A stretch of DNA of 64,000 bases, taken from Lingula anatina. Its lineage: Eukaryota; Animalia; Brachiopoda. Positions within the stretch are counted from its first letter, which is position 1; every line of letters starts with the position of its first letter. The position numbers were made by a program, and so were the translations under genes. Shown in pieces: positions 51,601 to 64,000 of this stretch. The stretch covers positions 6,076,001 to 6,140,000 of the forward strand of contig CM120643.1 in the NCBI GenBank assembly GCA_051362555.1, read 5' to 3'. A model generated the notes under the pieces. That model saw only the letters and a list, made by a program, of their open reading frames with translations, ran no database searches and was not told where the DNA came from.

Positions 51601-54600
51601 GTTGTCTGTCTTTTTTAAAGTGTCAAGTTTATGGGAAACTGATAATAAGATGTGTAAGAATTAACCAACACAAATATTTCAATATTGCAATGTACTGTTT
51701 ACTCTAAAAAAAAAAAGCAAATGTGATGATTTGAGTTTGTTTGTGTAGAAGGCTGCAAATTACCTATAACTGTCATCTGGAAAACAATATATACCCATAC
51801 AATACTTCTCCTTACTATCACTGCCAGATGCAGATTACTCCTTACATTGGGTTTCTGGAATGGGTTGTTGTTATCACAATATTTCACAATGTCCTAAATC
51901 TTGTTCTTATCATGTATTGTACACATGGATAAGACATAGTGCTGCTCTTGGTGCTGTCTTTCACTACCTGCTTTTCCATGGTAAGGGTACTCTGGAAAAA
52001 GAACAATATAACTGAAAAAACTGAAAAAATACATTGAAAAGACTGGCAAATCCCAGAACTTAAAATAGTTAAACGTTTATAATTTTGTCAAATCTAGTCC
52101 AATATTTCTGAAATTTGTACAAATGATGCTTAACAACAATAAAAATCTGTGATAAGATGATCAGTTGACTGTATCTAATGAAAAGTGTTTTTTGGGACAT
52201 CATATTTGGGAAAACTGAAATTTACATTGAAAACACTGGCAAATTTCATGACTTAAAATAGTTAAAAGTTAATAATTTTGACAAATCTTGTCCAATGTTT
52301 CTGAAATTTGTGCAAATGATGCTTAACAACAACAAAAATCTGTGATAAGCTGATCAAATGACTGCATCTAATGAAAAGTATCTTCTTCAGACAACATCTT
52401 TGAAAAAACTGAAAATTACACTGAAAACACTGGCAAATTCCATGGCTTAAAATAGTTAAAAGTTAATAATTTTGTCAAATCTTGTCCAATAATTCTGAAA
52501 TATGTACAAAAGATGCTTAACAGTAATAAAAATCTGTGATAAGCTGATCAGTTGTCCCTGTCTTTTTTAAAGTGTCAAGTTTATGGGAAACTGATAATAA
52601 GATGTGTGAGAATTAACCAAAACAAATATTTCAATATTGCAATGTATTATTTACTCTAAAAAAAAACAGCAAATGTGATAATTTGAGTTTGTTTTAGTAG
52701 AAGGCTGCAAATGACCTATAACTGTCATCAGGAAAACAATATATACCCATACAAGACTTCTCCTTACTACCAATGCCAGATGCAGATTACTCCTTACAAT
52801 GGGTTTCTGGAATGGGTTATAATTTGGGAAAACTGAAATTTACATTGAAAACACTGGCAAATTTCATGACTTAAAATAGTTAAACGTTAATAATTTTGAC
52901 AAATCTTGTCCAATGTTTCTGAAATTTGTGCAAATGATGCTTAACAACAATAAAAATCTGTGATAAGCTGATCAAATGACTGCATCTAATGAAAAGTACC
53001 TTCTTCAGACAATATCTTTGAAAAAACTGAAAATTACACTGAAAACATTGGCAAATTCCATGGCTTAAAATAGTTAAAAGTTAATAATTTTGTCAAATCT
53101 TGTCCAATAATTCTGAAATCTGTACAAAATATTATTAACAACAATAAAAATCTGTGATAAGCTGATCAGTTGTCTGTCTTTTTTAAAGTGTCAAGTTTAT
53201 GGGAAACTGATAATAAGATGTGTAAGAATTAACCAACACAAATATTTCAATATTGCAATGTACTGTTTACTCTAAAAAAAAAAGCAAATGTGATGATTTG
53301 AGTTTGTTTGTGTAGAAGGCTGCAAATTACCTATAACTGTCATCTGGAAAACAATATATACCCATACAATACTTCTCCTTACTATCACTGCCAGATGCAG
53401 ATTACTCCTTACATTGGGTTTCTGGAATGGGTTGTTGTTATCACAATATTTCACAATGTCCTAAATCTTGTTCTTATCATGTATTGTACACATGGATAAG
53501 ACATAGTGCTGCTCTTGGTGCTGTCTTTCACTACCTGCTTTTCCATGGTAAGGGTACTCTGGAAAAAGAACAATATAACTGAAAAAACTGAAAAAATACA
53601 TTGAAAAGACTGGCAAATCCCAGAACTTAAAATAGTTAAACGTTTATAATTTTGTCAAATCTAGTCCAATATTTCTGAAATTTGTACAAATGATGCTTAA
53701 CAACAATAAAAATCTGTGATAAGATGATCAGTTGACTGTATCTAATGAAAAGTGTTTTTTGGGACATCATATTTGGGAAAACTAAAATTTACATTGAAAA
53801 CACTGGCAAATTTCATGACTTAAAATAGTTAAAAGTTAATAATTTTGACAATAACTGTTTCTGAAATTTGTGCAAATGATGCTTAACAACAACAAAAATC
53901 TGTGATAAGCTGATCAAATGACTGCATCTAATGAAAAGTATCTTCTTCAGACAACATCTTTGAAAAAACTGAAAATTACACTGAAAACACTGGCAAATTC
54001 CATGGCTTAAAATAGTTAAAAGTTAATAATTTTGTCAAATCTTGTCCAATAATTCTGAAATATGTACAAAAGATGCTTAACAGTAATAAAAATCTGTGAT
54101 AAGCTGATCAGTTGTCCCTGTCTTTTTTAAAGTGTCAAGTTTATGGGAAACTGATAATAAGATGTGTGAGAATTAACCAAAACAAATATTTCAATATTGC
54201 AATGTATTATTTACTCTAAAAAAAAAACAGCAAATGTGATAATTTGAGTTTGTTTTAGTAGAAGGCTGCAAATGACCTATAACTGTCATCAGGAAAACAA
54301 TATATACCCATACAAGACTTCTCCTTACTACCAATGCCAGATGCAGATTACTCCTTACAATGGGTTTCTGGAATGGGTTGTTGTTATCACAATATTTCAC
54401 AATGTCCTAAATCTTGTTCTTATCATGTATTGTACACATGGATAAGACATAGTGCTGCTCTTGGTGCTGTATTTCACTGCCTGCCTCTTCATGGTAAGGG
54501 TACTCTGGAAAAAGAACAATATAACTGAAAAAACTGAAAATTACATTGAAAAGACTGGCAAATCCCAGAACTTAAAATAGTTAAATGTTAATTATTTTGT

Positions 54601-57600
54601 CAAATCTAGTCCAATATTTCTGAAATTTGAACAAATGATGCTTAACAACAATAAAAATCTGTGATAAGATGATCAGTTGACTGTATCTAATGAAAAGTGT
54701 TTTTTGAGACATCATATTTGGGAAAACTGAAATTTACATTGAAAACATTGGCAAATTTCATGACTTAAAATAGTTAAAAGTTAATAATTTTGACAAATCT
54801 TGTCCAATGTTTCTGAAATTTGTGCAAATGATGCTTAACAACAAACAAAATCTGTGATAAGCTGATCAGTTGTCTGTGTCTTTTTTTTTAAGTGTCAAGT
54901 TTAAGGGAAATTGATAATCAGAAGTGTAAGAATTACGTAACCAAAACAAATATTTCAATACTGCAATGTATTATTTACTCTCAAAGAAAACAGCAAATGT
55001 GATGATTTGAGTTTGTTTGTGTAGAAGGCTGCAAATTACCTATAACTGTCATCTGGAAAACAATATATACCCATACAAGACTTCTCCTTACTACCAATGC
55101 CAGATGCAGATTACTCCTTACATTGGGTTTCTGGAATGGGTTGTTGTTATCACAATATTTCACAATGTCCTAAATCTTGTTCTTATCATGTATTGTACAC
55201 ATGGATAAGACATAGTGCTGCTCTTGGTGCTGTCTTTCACTACCTGCTTTTCCATGGTAAGGGTACTCTGGAAAAAGAACAATATAACTGAAAAAACTGA
55301 AAAAACACATTGAAAAGACTGGCAAATCCCAGAACTTAAAATAGTTAAACGTTTATAATTTTGTCAAATCTAGTCCAATATTTCTGAAATTTGTACAAAT
55401 GATGCTTAAGAACAATAAAAATCTGTGATAAGATGATCAGTTGACTGTATCTAATGAAAAGTGTTTTTTGGAACATCATATTTGGGAAAACTGAAATTTA
55501 CATTGAAAACACTGGCAAATTTCATGACTTAAAATAGTTAAACGTTAATAATTTTGACAAATCTTGTCCAATGTTTCTGAAATTTGTGCAAATGATGCTT
55601 AACAACAACAAAAATCTGTGATAAGCTGATCAAATGACTGCATCTAATGAAAAGTATCTTCTTCAGACAACATCTTTGAAAAAACTGAAAATTACACTGA
55701 AAACACTGGCAAATTCCATGGCTTAAAATAGTTAAAAGTTAATAATTTTGTCAAATCTTGTCCAATAATTCTGAAATATGTACAAAAAATTCTTAACAAC
55801 AATAAAAATCTGTGATAAGCTGATCAGTTGTCTGTCTTTTTTAAAGTGTCAAGTTTATGGGAAACTGATAATAAGATGTGTAAGAATTAACCAACACAAA
55901 TATTTCAATATTGCAATGTACTGTGTACTCTAAAAAAAAAAAAGCAAATGTGATGATTTGAGTTTGTTTGTGTAGAAGGCTGCAAATTACCTATAACTGT
56001 CATCTGGAGAACAATATATACCCATACAATACTTCTCTTTACTATCACTGCCAGATGCAGATTACTCCTTACATTGGGTTTCTGGAATGGGTTGTTGTTA
56101 TCACAATATTTCACAATGTCCTAAATCTTGTTCTTATCATGTATTGTACACATGGATAAGACATAGTGCTGCTCTTGGTGCTGTCTTTCACTACCTGCTT
56201 TTCCATGGTAAGGGTACTCTGGAAAAAGAACAATATAAATGAAAAAACTGAAAATTACATTGAAAAGACTGGCAATTCCCAGAACTTAAAATAGTTAAAT
56301 GTTAATAATTTTGTCAAATCTAGTCCAATATTTCTGAAATTTGAACAATTGATGCTTAACAACAATAAAAATCTGTGATAAGATGATCACTTGACTGTAT
56401 CTAATGAAAAGTGTTTTTTGGGATATCATATTTGGAAAAACTGAAATTTCCATTGAAAACACTGGCAAATTTCATGACTTAAAATAGTTAAAAGTTAATA
56501 ATTTTGACAAATCTTGTCCAATGTTTCTGAAATTTGTGCAAATGATGCTTAACAACAAACAAAATCTGTGATAAGCTGATCAGTTGTCTGTGTCTTTTTT
56601 TTAAGTGTCAAGTTTACGGGAAATTGATAATCAGAAGTGTAAGAATTACGTAACCAAAACAAATATTTCAATACTGCAATGTATTATTTACTCTCAAAGA
56701 AAACAGCAAATGTGATGATTTGAGTTTGTTTGTGTAGAAGGCTGCAAATTACCTATAACTGTCATCTGGAAAACAATATATACCCATACAAGACTTCTCC
56801 TTACTACCAATGCCAGATGCAGATTACTCCTTACATTGGGTTTCTGGAATGGGTTGTTGTTATCACAATATTTCACAATGTCCTAAATCTTGTTCTTATC
56901 ATGTATTGTACACATGGATAAGACATAGTGCTGCTCTTGGTGCTGTCTTTCACTACCTGCTTTTCCATGGTAAGGGTACTCTGGAAAAAGAACAATATAA
57001 ATGAAAAAACTGAAAATTACATTGAAAAGACTGGCAAATCCCAGAACTTAAAATAGTTAAATGTTAATAATTTTGTCAAATCTAGTCCAATATTTCTGAA
57101 ATTTGAACAAATGATGCTTAACAACAATAAAAATCTGTGATAAGATGATCACTTGACTGTACCTAATGAAAAGTGTTTTTTGGGACATCATATTTGGAAA
57201 AACTGAAATTTACATTGAAAACATTGGCAAATTTCATGACTTAAAATAGTTAAAAGTTAATAATTTTGACAAATCTTGTCCAATGTTTCTGAAATTTGTG
57301 CAAATGATGCTTAACAACAAACAAAATCTGTGATAAGCTGATCAGTTGTCTGTGTCTTTTTTTTAAGTGTCAAGTTTAAGGGAAATTGATAATCAGAAGT
57401 GTAAGAATTACGTAACCAAAACAAATATTTCAATACTGCAATGTATTATTTACTCTCAAAGAAAACAGCAAATGTGATGATTTGAGTTTGTTTGTGTAGA
57501 AGGCTGCAAATTACCTATAACTGTCATCTGGAAAACAATATATACCCATACAAGACTTCTCCTTACTACCAATGCCAGATGCAGATTACTCCTTACATTG

Positions 57601-60600
57601 GGTTTCTGGAATGGGTTGTTGTTATCACAATATTTCACAATGTCCTAAATCTTGTTCTTATCATGTATTGTACACATGGATAAGACATAGTGCTGCTCTT
57701 GGTGCTGTCTTTCACTACCTGCTTTTCCATGGTAAGGGTACTCTGGAAAAAGAACAATATAAATGAAAAAACTGAAAAAATACATTGAAAAGACTGGCAA
57801 ATCCCAGAACTTAAAATAGTTAAACGTTAATAATTTTGTCAAATCTAGTCCAATATTTCTGAAATTTGTACAAATGATGCTTAACAACAATAAAAATCTG
57901 TGATAAGATGATCAGTTGACTGTATCTAATGAAAAGTGTTTTTTGGGACATCATATTTGGAAAAACTGAAATTTCCATTGAAAACACTGGCAAATTTCAT
58001 GACTTAAAATAGTTAAAAGTTAATAATTTTGACAAATCTTGTCCAATGTTTCTGAAATTTGTGCAAATGATGCTTAACAACAAACAAAATCTGTGATAAG
58101 CTGATCAGTTGTCTGTGTCTTTTTTTTAAGTGTCAAGTTTAAGGGAAATTGATAATCAGAAGTGTAAGAATTACGTAACCAAAACAAATATTTCAATACT
58201 GCAATGTATTATTTACTCTCAAAGAAAACAGCAAATGTGATGATTTGAGTTTGTTTGTGTAGAAGGCTGCAAATTACCTATAACTGTCATCTGGAAAACA
58301 ATATATACCCATACAAGACTTCTCCTTACTACCAATGCCAGATGCAGATTACTCCTTACATTGGGTTTCTGGAATGGGTTGTTGTTATCACAATATTTCA
58401 CAATGTCCTAAATCTTGTTCTTATCATGTATTGTACACATGGATAAGACATAGTGCTGCTCTTGGTGCTGTCTTTCACTACCTGCTTTTCCATGGTAAGG
58501 GTACTCTGGAAAAAGAACAATATAACTGAAAAAACTGAAAAAATACATTGAAAAGACTGGCAAATCCCAGAACTTAAAATAGTTAAACGTTAATAATTTT
58601 GTCAAATCTAGTCCAATATTTCTGAAATTTGTACAAATGATGCTTAACAACAATAAAAATCTGTGATAAGATGATCAGTTGACTGTATCTAATGAAAAGT
58701 GTTTTTTGGGACATCATATTTGGAAAAACTGAAATTTCCATTGAAAACACTGGCAAATTTCATGACTTAAAATAGTTAAAAGTTAATAATTTTGACAAAT
58801 CTTGTCCAATGTTTCTGAAATTTGTGCAAATGATGCTTAACAACAAACAAAATCTGTGATAAGCTGATCAGTTGTCTGTGTCTTTTTTTTTAAGTGTCAA
58901 GTTTAAGGGAAATTGATAATCAGAAGTGTAAGAATTACGTAACCAAAACAAATATTTCAATACTGCAATGTATTATTTACTCTCAAAGAAAACAGCAAAT
59001 GTGATGATTTGAGTTTGTTTGTGTAGAAGGCTGCAAATTACCTATAACTGTCATCTGGAAAACAATATATACCCATACAAGACTTCTCCTTACTACCAAT
59101 GCCAGATGCAGATTACTCCTTACATTGGGTTTCTGGAATGGGTTGTTGTTATCACAATATTTCACAATGTCCTAAATCTTGTTCTTATCATGTATTGTAC
59201 ACATGGATAAAACATAGTGCTGCTCTTGGTGCTGTCTTTCACTACCTGCTTTTCCATGGTAAGGGTACTCTGGAAAAAGAACAATATAACTGAAAAAACT
59301 GAAAAAACACATTGAAAAGACTGGCAAATCCCAAAACTTAAAATAGTTAAACGTTTATAATTTTGTCAAATCTAGTCCAATATTTCTGAAATTTGTACAA
59401 ATGATGCTTAAGAACAATAAAAATCTGTGATAAGATGATCAGTTGACTGTATCTAATGAAAAGTGTTTTTTGGGACATCATATTTGGGAAAACTGAAATT
59501 TACATTGAAAACACTGGCAAATTTCATGACTTAAAATAGTTAAACGTTAATAATTTTGACAAATCTTGTCCAATGTTTCTGAAATTTGTGCAAATGATGC
59601 TTAACAACAACAAAAATCTGTGATAAGCTGATCAAATGACTGCATCTAATGAAAAGTATCTTCTTCAGACAACATCTTTGAAAAAACTGAAAATTACACT
59701 GAAAACACTGGCAAATTCCATGGCTTAAAATAGTTAAAAGTTAATAATTTTGTCAAATCTTGTCCAATAATTCTGAAATATGTACAAAAGATGCTTAACA
59801 GTAATAAAAATCTGTGATAAGCTGATCAGTTGTCTGTGTCTTTTTTAAAGTGTCAAGTTTATGGGAAACTGATAATAAGATGTGTGAGAATTAACCAAAA
59901 CAAATATTTCAATATTGCAATGTATTATTTACTCTAAAAAAAAAAACAGCAAATGTGATAATTTGAGTTTGTTTGTGTAGAAGGCTGCAAATGACCTATA
60001 ACTGTCATCTGGAAAACAATATATACCCATACAAGACTTCTCCTTACTACCAATGCCAGATGCAGATTACTCCTTACATTGGGTTTCTGGAATGGGTTGT
60101 TGTTATCACAATATTTCACAATGTCCTAAATCTTGTTCTTATCATGTATTGTACACATGGATAAGACATAATGCTGCCCTTGGTGCTGTCTTTCACTGCC
60201 TGCTTCTTCATGGTAAGGGTACTCTGGAAAAAGAACAATATAACTGAAAAAACTGAAAATTACATTGAAAAGACTGGCAAATCCCAGAACTTAAAATAGT
60301 TAAACGTTAATAATTTTGTCAAATCTAGTCCAATATTTCTGAAATTTGTACAAATGATGCTTAACAACAATAAAAATCTGTGATAAGATGATCACTTGAC
60401 TGTATCTAATGCAAAGTGTTTTTTGGGACATCATATTTGGGAAAACTGAAATTTACATTGAAAACACTGGCAAATTTCATGACTTAAAATAGTTAAACGT
60501 TAATAATTTTGACAAATCTTGTCCAATGTTTCTGAAATTTGTGCAAATGATGCTTAACAACAACAAAAATCTGTGATAAGCTAATCAAATGACTGCATCT

Positions 60601-61570
60601 AATGAAAAGTATCTTCTTCAGACAACATCTTTGAAAAAACTGAAAATTACACTGAAAACACTGGCAAATTCCATGGCTTAAAATAGTTAAAAGTTAATAA
60701 TTTTGTCAAATCTTGTCCAATAATTCTGAAATCTGTACAAAATCTGTGAAAAGCTGATCAGTTGTCTGTGTCTTTTTTTAATGGTCCAGTTTATTGGAAT
60801 ATTGGAATATTTCAATATTGCAATGTATTGTTTCCTCACAAAGAAAACAGCAAATGTGATGATTTGAGTTTAAATTTGTCAAATCTGGTCCAATTTTCTG
60901 GTCCACAAATTTGTAGAAATGAAGCTCACTGCCTGCTTTTTCATGGTACTCTGAAAAAAGAACAATATGACTGAAAAAACTGAAAAGTACTTTAAAAAGA
61001 CTGGCAAATCTCATGACTTAAAATAGTTGAACGTTAATAATTTTGTCAAATCTTGTCTAATATTTCTGAATTTTTTACAAATGATGCTCAACAACAATAA
61101 AATTCTGTGATAAGCTGATCAGTTGACTGTGTCTAATGAAAAGTATTTTCTTCAGATGATATATTTGAGAAAACTGAAAATTAAACTTAAAACACTTGCA
61201 AATTCCATGACTCATAATAGTTAAACGTTAATAATTATGACAAATGTAGTCCAATGTTCCTGAAATTTCTACACAATATGCTTAACAACAGTACAAATTT
61301 GAGATAAGTTGATTTGCTGACTGTGTGTTATTAAAGTGTATTTTATGGACAATTTAGTTGTGAAAATAAGGTTTGAAAATATACCAAATTCTCCAAATAA
61401 ATATAGTTAAACATCAATAATTTTGTCAATCATATTTCTTTTTTTCTTTAAATTTGAAAAGAAAATCTTTAACAACTGCAGAAATCTGAGATAGCCTTAT
61501 CACTTCACTGCGTATTCTTAAATGTCACGCTTATAAAAAATGGATAATCAGAAGAGCGAGAATTTATGAA
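48670..61570. repeat. ~13-kb higher-order satellite: 2-4 x ~188-bp monomers plus a ~385-bp spacer per unit
   Basis: The spacer recurs at intervals of 1140, ~950 or ~763 bp (ORF track starts 49651, 50791, 51741, 53308, 55017, 55968, 56730, 57492, 58255, 59019, 59973). Edges are diverged and the centre is near-identical. Confidence 0.95.
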
Positions 61571-62190
61571 AACAAATATTTCAATATTGCAAAGGCATTC
61601 TTTACTCATACCAATGGCACAAGATTTAGAGGCAATACTTACTACACATTTCCTCACCACTGTTATTGCTACAGTCATTGTCCTGGTCATATCTCCATGA
61701 TAAGTTAATACAGCAGCCATTATCACATACAAACTTATGTGGAGGACATGTGTGATCCACTGGAAGACAATAAAAAAAAACATCTTTAAAACAATCTACA
61801 ACCTTTATTTTTAAGTGTCTTAAAACTGTTTCTTCAGTTTCTTTGACAAAGCAAAAAAATACGTCACTTATATTACAATGCTTACATCAGATAATAAAGA
61901 GGTGCGTTCAATGCTTTCTGAAGCTTGGTATGGTACTAGTACAGATGGTACTCCATGGGAAGTTTGTGTTATTCAGAGTTTGGTTCATATATTACTATTT
62001 GGACAGTAGCAGCAAAAATTCACCCAAATATAAGGCATAACATTGAACTAGATTAAAAACTTGCTAAAAAGCTATAAGCAAACAGCATTGCAAATTCAAA
62101 AATTCACTGGAAAGATCCAGAAGACAATGTGATCTACCTTAGAAGATTTAATAAATGCAACTCATGTTGTTATCTGACCATCTTGAAAAC

Positions 62191-62897
62191 TAGTCTGGAG
62201 TCATTGTGTTCTGTTGTGGCAGTATAGTCCTGTGCCTCCTAGAACAGTGTAGTAGTCTGGAGTCATTGTGTTCCATTGTGGCAGTATAGTCCTGTGCCTC
62301 CTAGAACAGTGTAGTAGTCTGGAGTCATTGTGTTCCATTGTGGCAGTATAGTCCTGTGCCTCCAAGTACAGTGTAGTAGTCTGGAGTCATTGTGTTCCAT
62401 TGTGGCAGTATAGTCCTGTGCTTCCTAGTACAGTGTTGTAGTCTGGAATCATTGTGTTCCATTGTGGCAGTATAGTCCTGTGCCTCCAAGTACAGTGTAG
62501 TAGTCTGGAGTCATTGTGTTCCATTGTGGCAGTATAGTCCTGTGCTTCCTAGTACAGTGTTGTAGTCTGGAGTCATTGTGTTCAATTGTGGCAGTATAGT
62601 CCTGTGTCTCCTAGTACAGTGTAGTAGTCTGGAGTCATTGTGTTCCATTGTGGCAGTATAGTCCTGTGCCTCCTAGAACAGTGTAGTAGTCTGGAGTCAT
62701 TGTGTTCCATTGTGGCAGTATAGTCCTGTGCTTCCTAGTACAGTGTTGTAGTCTGGAGTCATTGTGTTCCATTGTGGCAGTATAGTCCTGTGCCTCCAAG
62801 TACAGTGTAGTTGTCTGGAGTCATTGTGTTCCATTGTGGCAGTATAGTCCTGTGCTTCCTAGTACAGTGTTGTAGTCTGGAGTCATTGTGTTCAATG
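62191..62897. repeat. 62-bp minisatellite, ~11.4 copies
   Basis: TAGTCTGGAGTCATTGTGTTCCATTGTGGCAGTATAGTCCTGTG.. at 62191, 62253, 62315 ... 62873. Confidence 0.95.
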
Positions 62898-63007
62898 AGG
62901 AATACCAGCCCGCTTGGCGCCAGGTGTCGCTAGTGTGAATTCAGTCCTTCCACAGTCGCCATGTTGGATATTGTATACGTTGGACTGTGGTACTGGCCTT
63001 AATAAAC

Positions 63008-63103
63008 ATGCCTCAGTATTGTTGTGTACCTGAATGTCAAAGTCGGCAAGGTGGGCATAATTTTCGTGAGGATTCAGGGCTTCGTTTGAAGTGAAGGGTT
63101 GCC
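63008..63103 (+). pseudogene. THAP zinc-finger N-terminal fragment from a DNA transposon
   Basis: MPQYCCVPECQSRQGGHNFREDSGLRLK*RVA fits THAP C-x-V-P-x-C...H-x-F-P...R-x-x-W, with P and W mutated. A candidate element end CAATGAGGAATACC lies at 62893. Confidence 0.6.
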
Positions 63104-63128
63104 CATGTCAACACACCTTCCATGTTAA

Positions 63129-64000
63129 AGGGACAGTTACAACTTGACCCAGGCACAGTAATTAGGCCCCTAAAGATAGACGAGTTGCCTCAAAAAGAAT
63201 ACACGTAAAAAGGTTAATTGATCTTGGCAGAACTTATAAAGTTTTGGAAAGAGAGCTCCATAGCAAGAAAGTGCCCTTAGGAAGTAAGATTTATCAAAGT
63301 GCGTTTTCTTATGTCCGTAATTTCAGAAGAGTTGTCAGTAAATATATATAAGTGCCGGTAGCCTACTACCCACATAAGGTTGTGTTATTAAGTAATATCC
63401 TTTTTTATTGATGTATAGAGCATGACCGGTAATGTTAATTAAATAATTATTTTTATTTAAAATCATTATTCAGTACCTCGTAAGAATCATAAAACTAGGT
63501 ATAGTTAGATAATTTATTTGTTCATGTATAGATGCAATTTCTCAGCCAATGGAATAATGCATGTTTGGAAATCTTTTTGTAACAGTTTAAAAAATAAAAT
63601 TTAAAGAAAGAAAACATTTTATAATGAACAGTTTTTGTTCTTTTTTTACAAAATAGCACTTCTGAATTGTTTTACCTGAGTAGAAACACCATATTATTTC
63701 ATCGCTCTGAAAATTCATTAAAAAGCAGCAAAACCAAATATTTAATTTAAACAAAATAATTATCAAGTCCATAGTAAAAACCATGAAACCATGTAATGCT
63801 TAGATAATTTATTTGTGCTATAACTTTCCGGAATATATAGCTGCAATTTCTCAGCCAATGGATTACTGTAGGTATGGCAAACTTTTTGTAACAGTTTAAG
63901 AAATAAAAATTAAAGAAAGCAAACATTTTACAAATTAACACAGTTTTTTGTTCCTTTTCACAAAATAGTACTTATGAATTATTTTACTTGAATAGAACCA
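63129..64000 (+). mobile_element. Possible Kolobok-type element end, with a ~295-bp duplication downstream
   Basis: TTAA|AGGGACAGT terminus at 63125-63137 and a duplicated block at ~63505 and ~63800. The other end is not in the window. Confidence 0.35.

Noticed and set aside
49651-60247. Recurrent 60-64 aa ORFs (MCRRLQ.., MKYCDN.., MPDADY..) as a tandem small-protein gene family
   Set aside because: They are overlapping frames of one satellite spacer on both strands, many start at TTG/GTG, and no domain is recognisable.
62191-62897. CRISPR-like array
   Set aside because: Units are contiguous near-identical 62-mers with no unique spacers, there are no cas genes, and the context is eukaryotic.

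Overview
This is AT-rich, intron-containing animal DNA. The repeat families resemble those described in marine invertebrates such as molluscs, but the taxon is an inference. Two host genes were reconstructed by hand on the minus strand using GT-AG sites and phase checks. The first is a 10-exon, ~555-aa polycystin-1-like protein (2000-9461) with signal peptide, TM1, PLAT domain and four more TMs, but no ectodomain or channel half. The second is a ~697-aa FASTK/RAP-domain mitochondrial-type gene (17742-26425) whose first exon is split by a 1786-bp TA-flanked DNA transposon; precise removal restores the frame. The rest is mostly repeats: a full-length PAT-like DIRS tyrosine-recombinase retrotransposon with split direct repeats (30891-36053; gag/pol broken, recombinase intact), Helentron-associated (HINE/pearl-like) elements with internal tandem arrays, Harbinger-, piggyBac- and foldback-type MITEs, a decayed SWIM/Ulp1 MULE-like gene, a THAP fragment, a ~13-kb higher-order satellite (48670-61570) and a 62-bp minisatellite. 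No rRNA, intact tRNA or CRISPR array was seen. Family calls rest on recognised motifs only; no database search was run.
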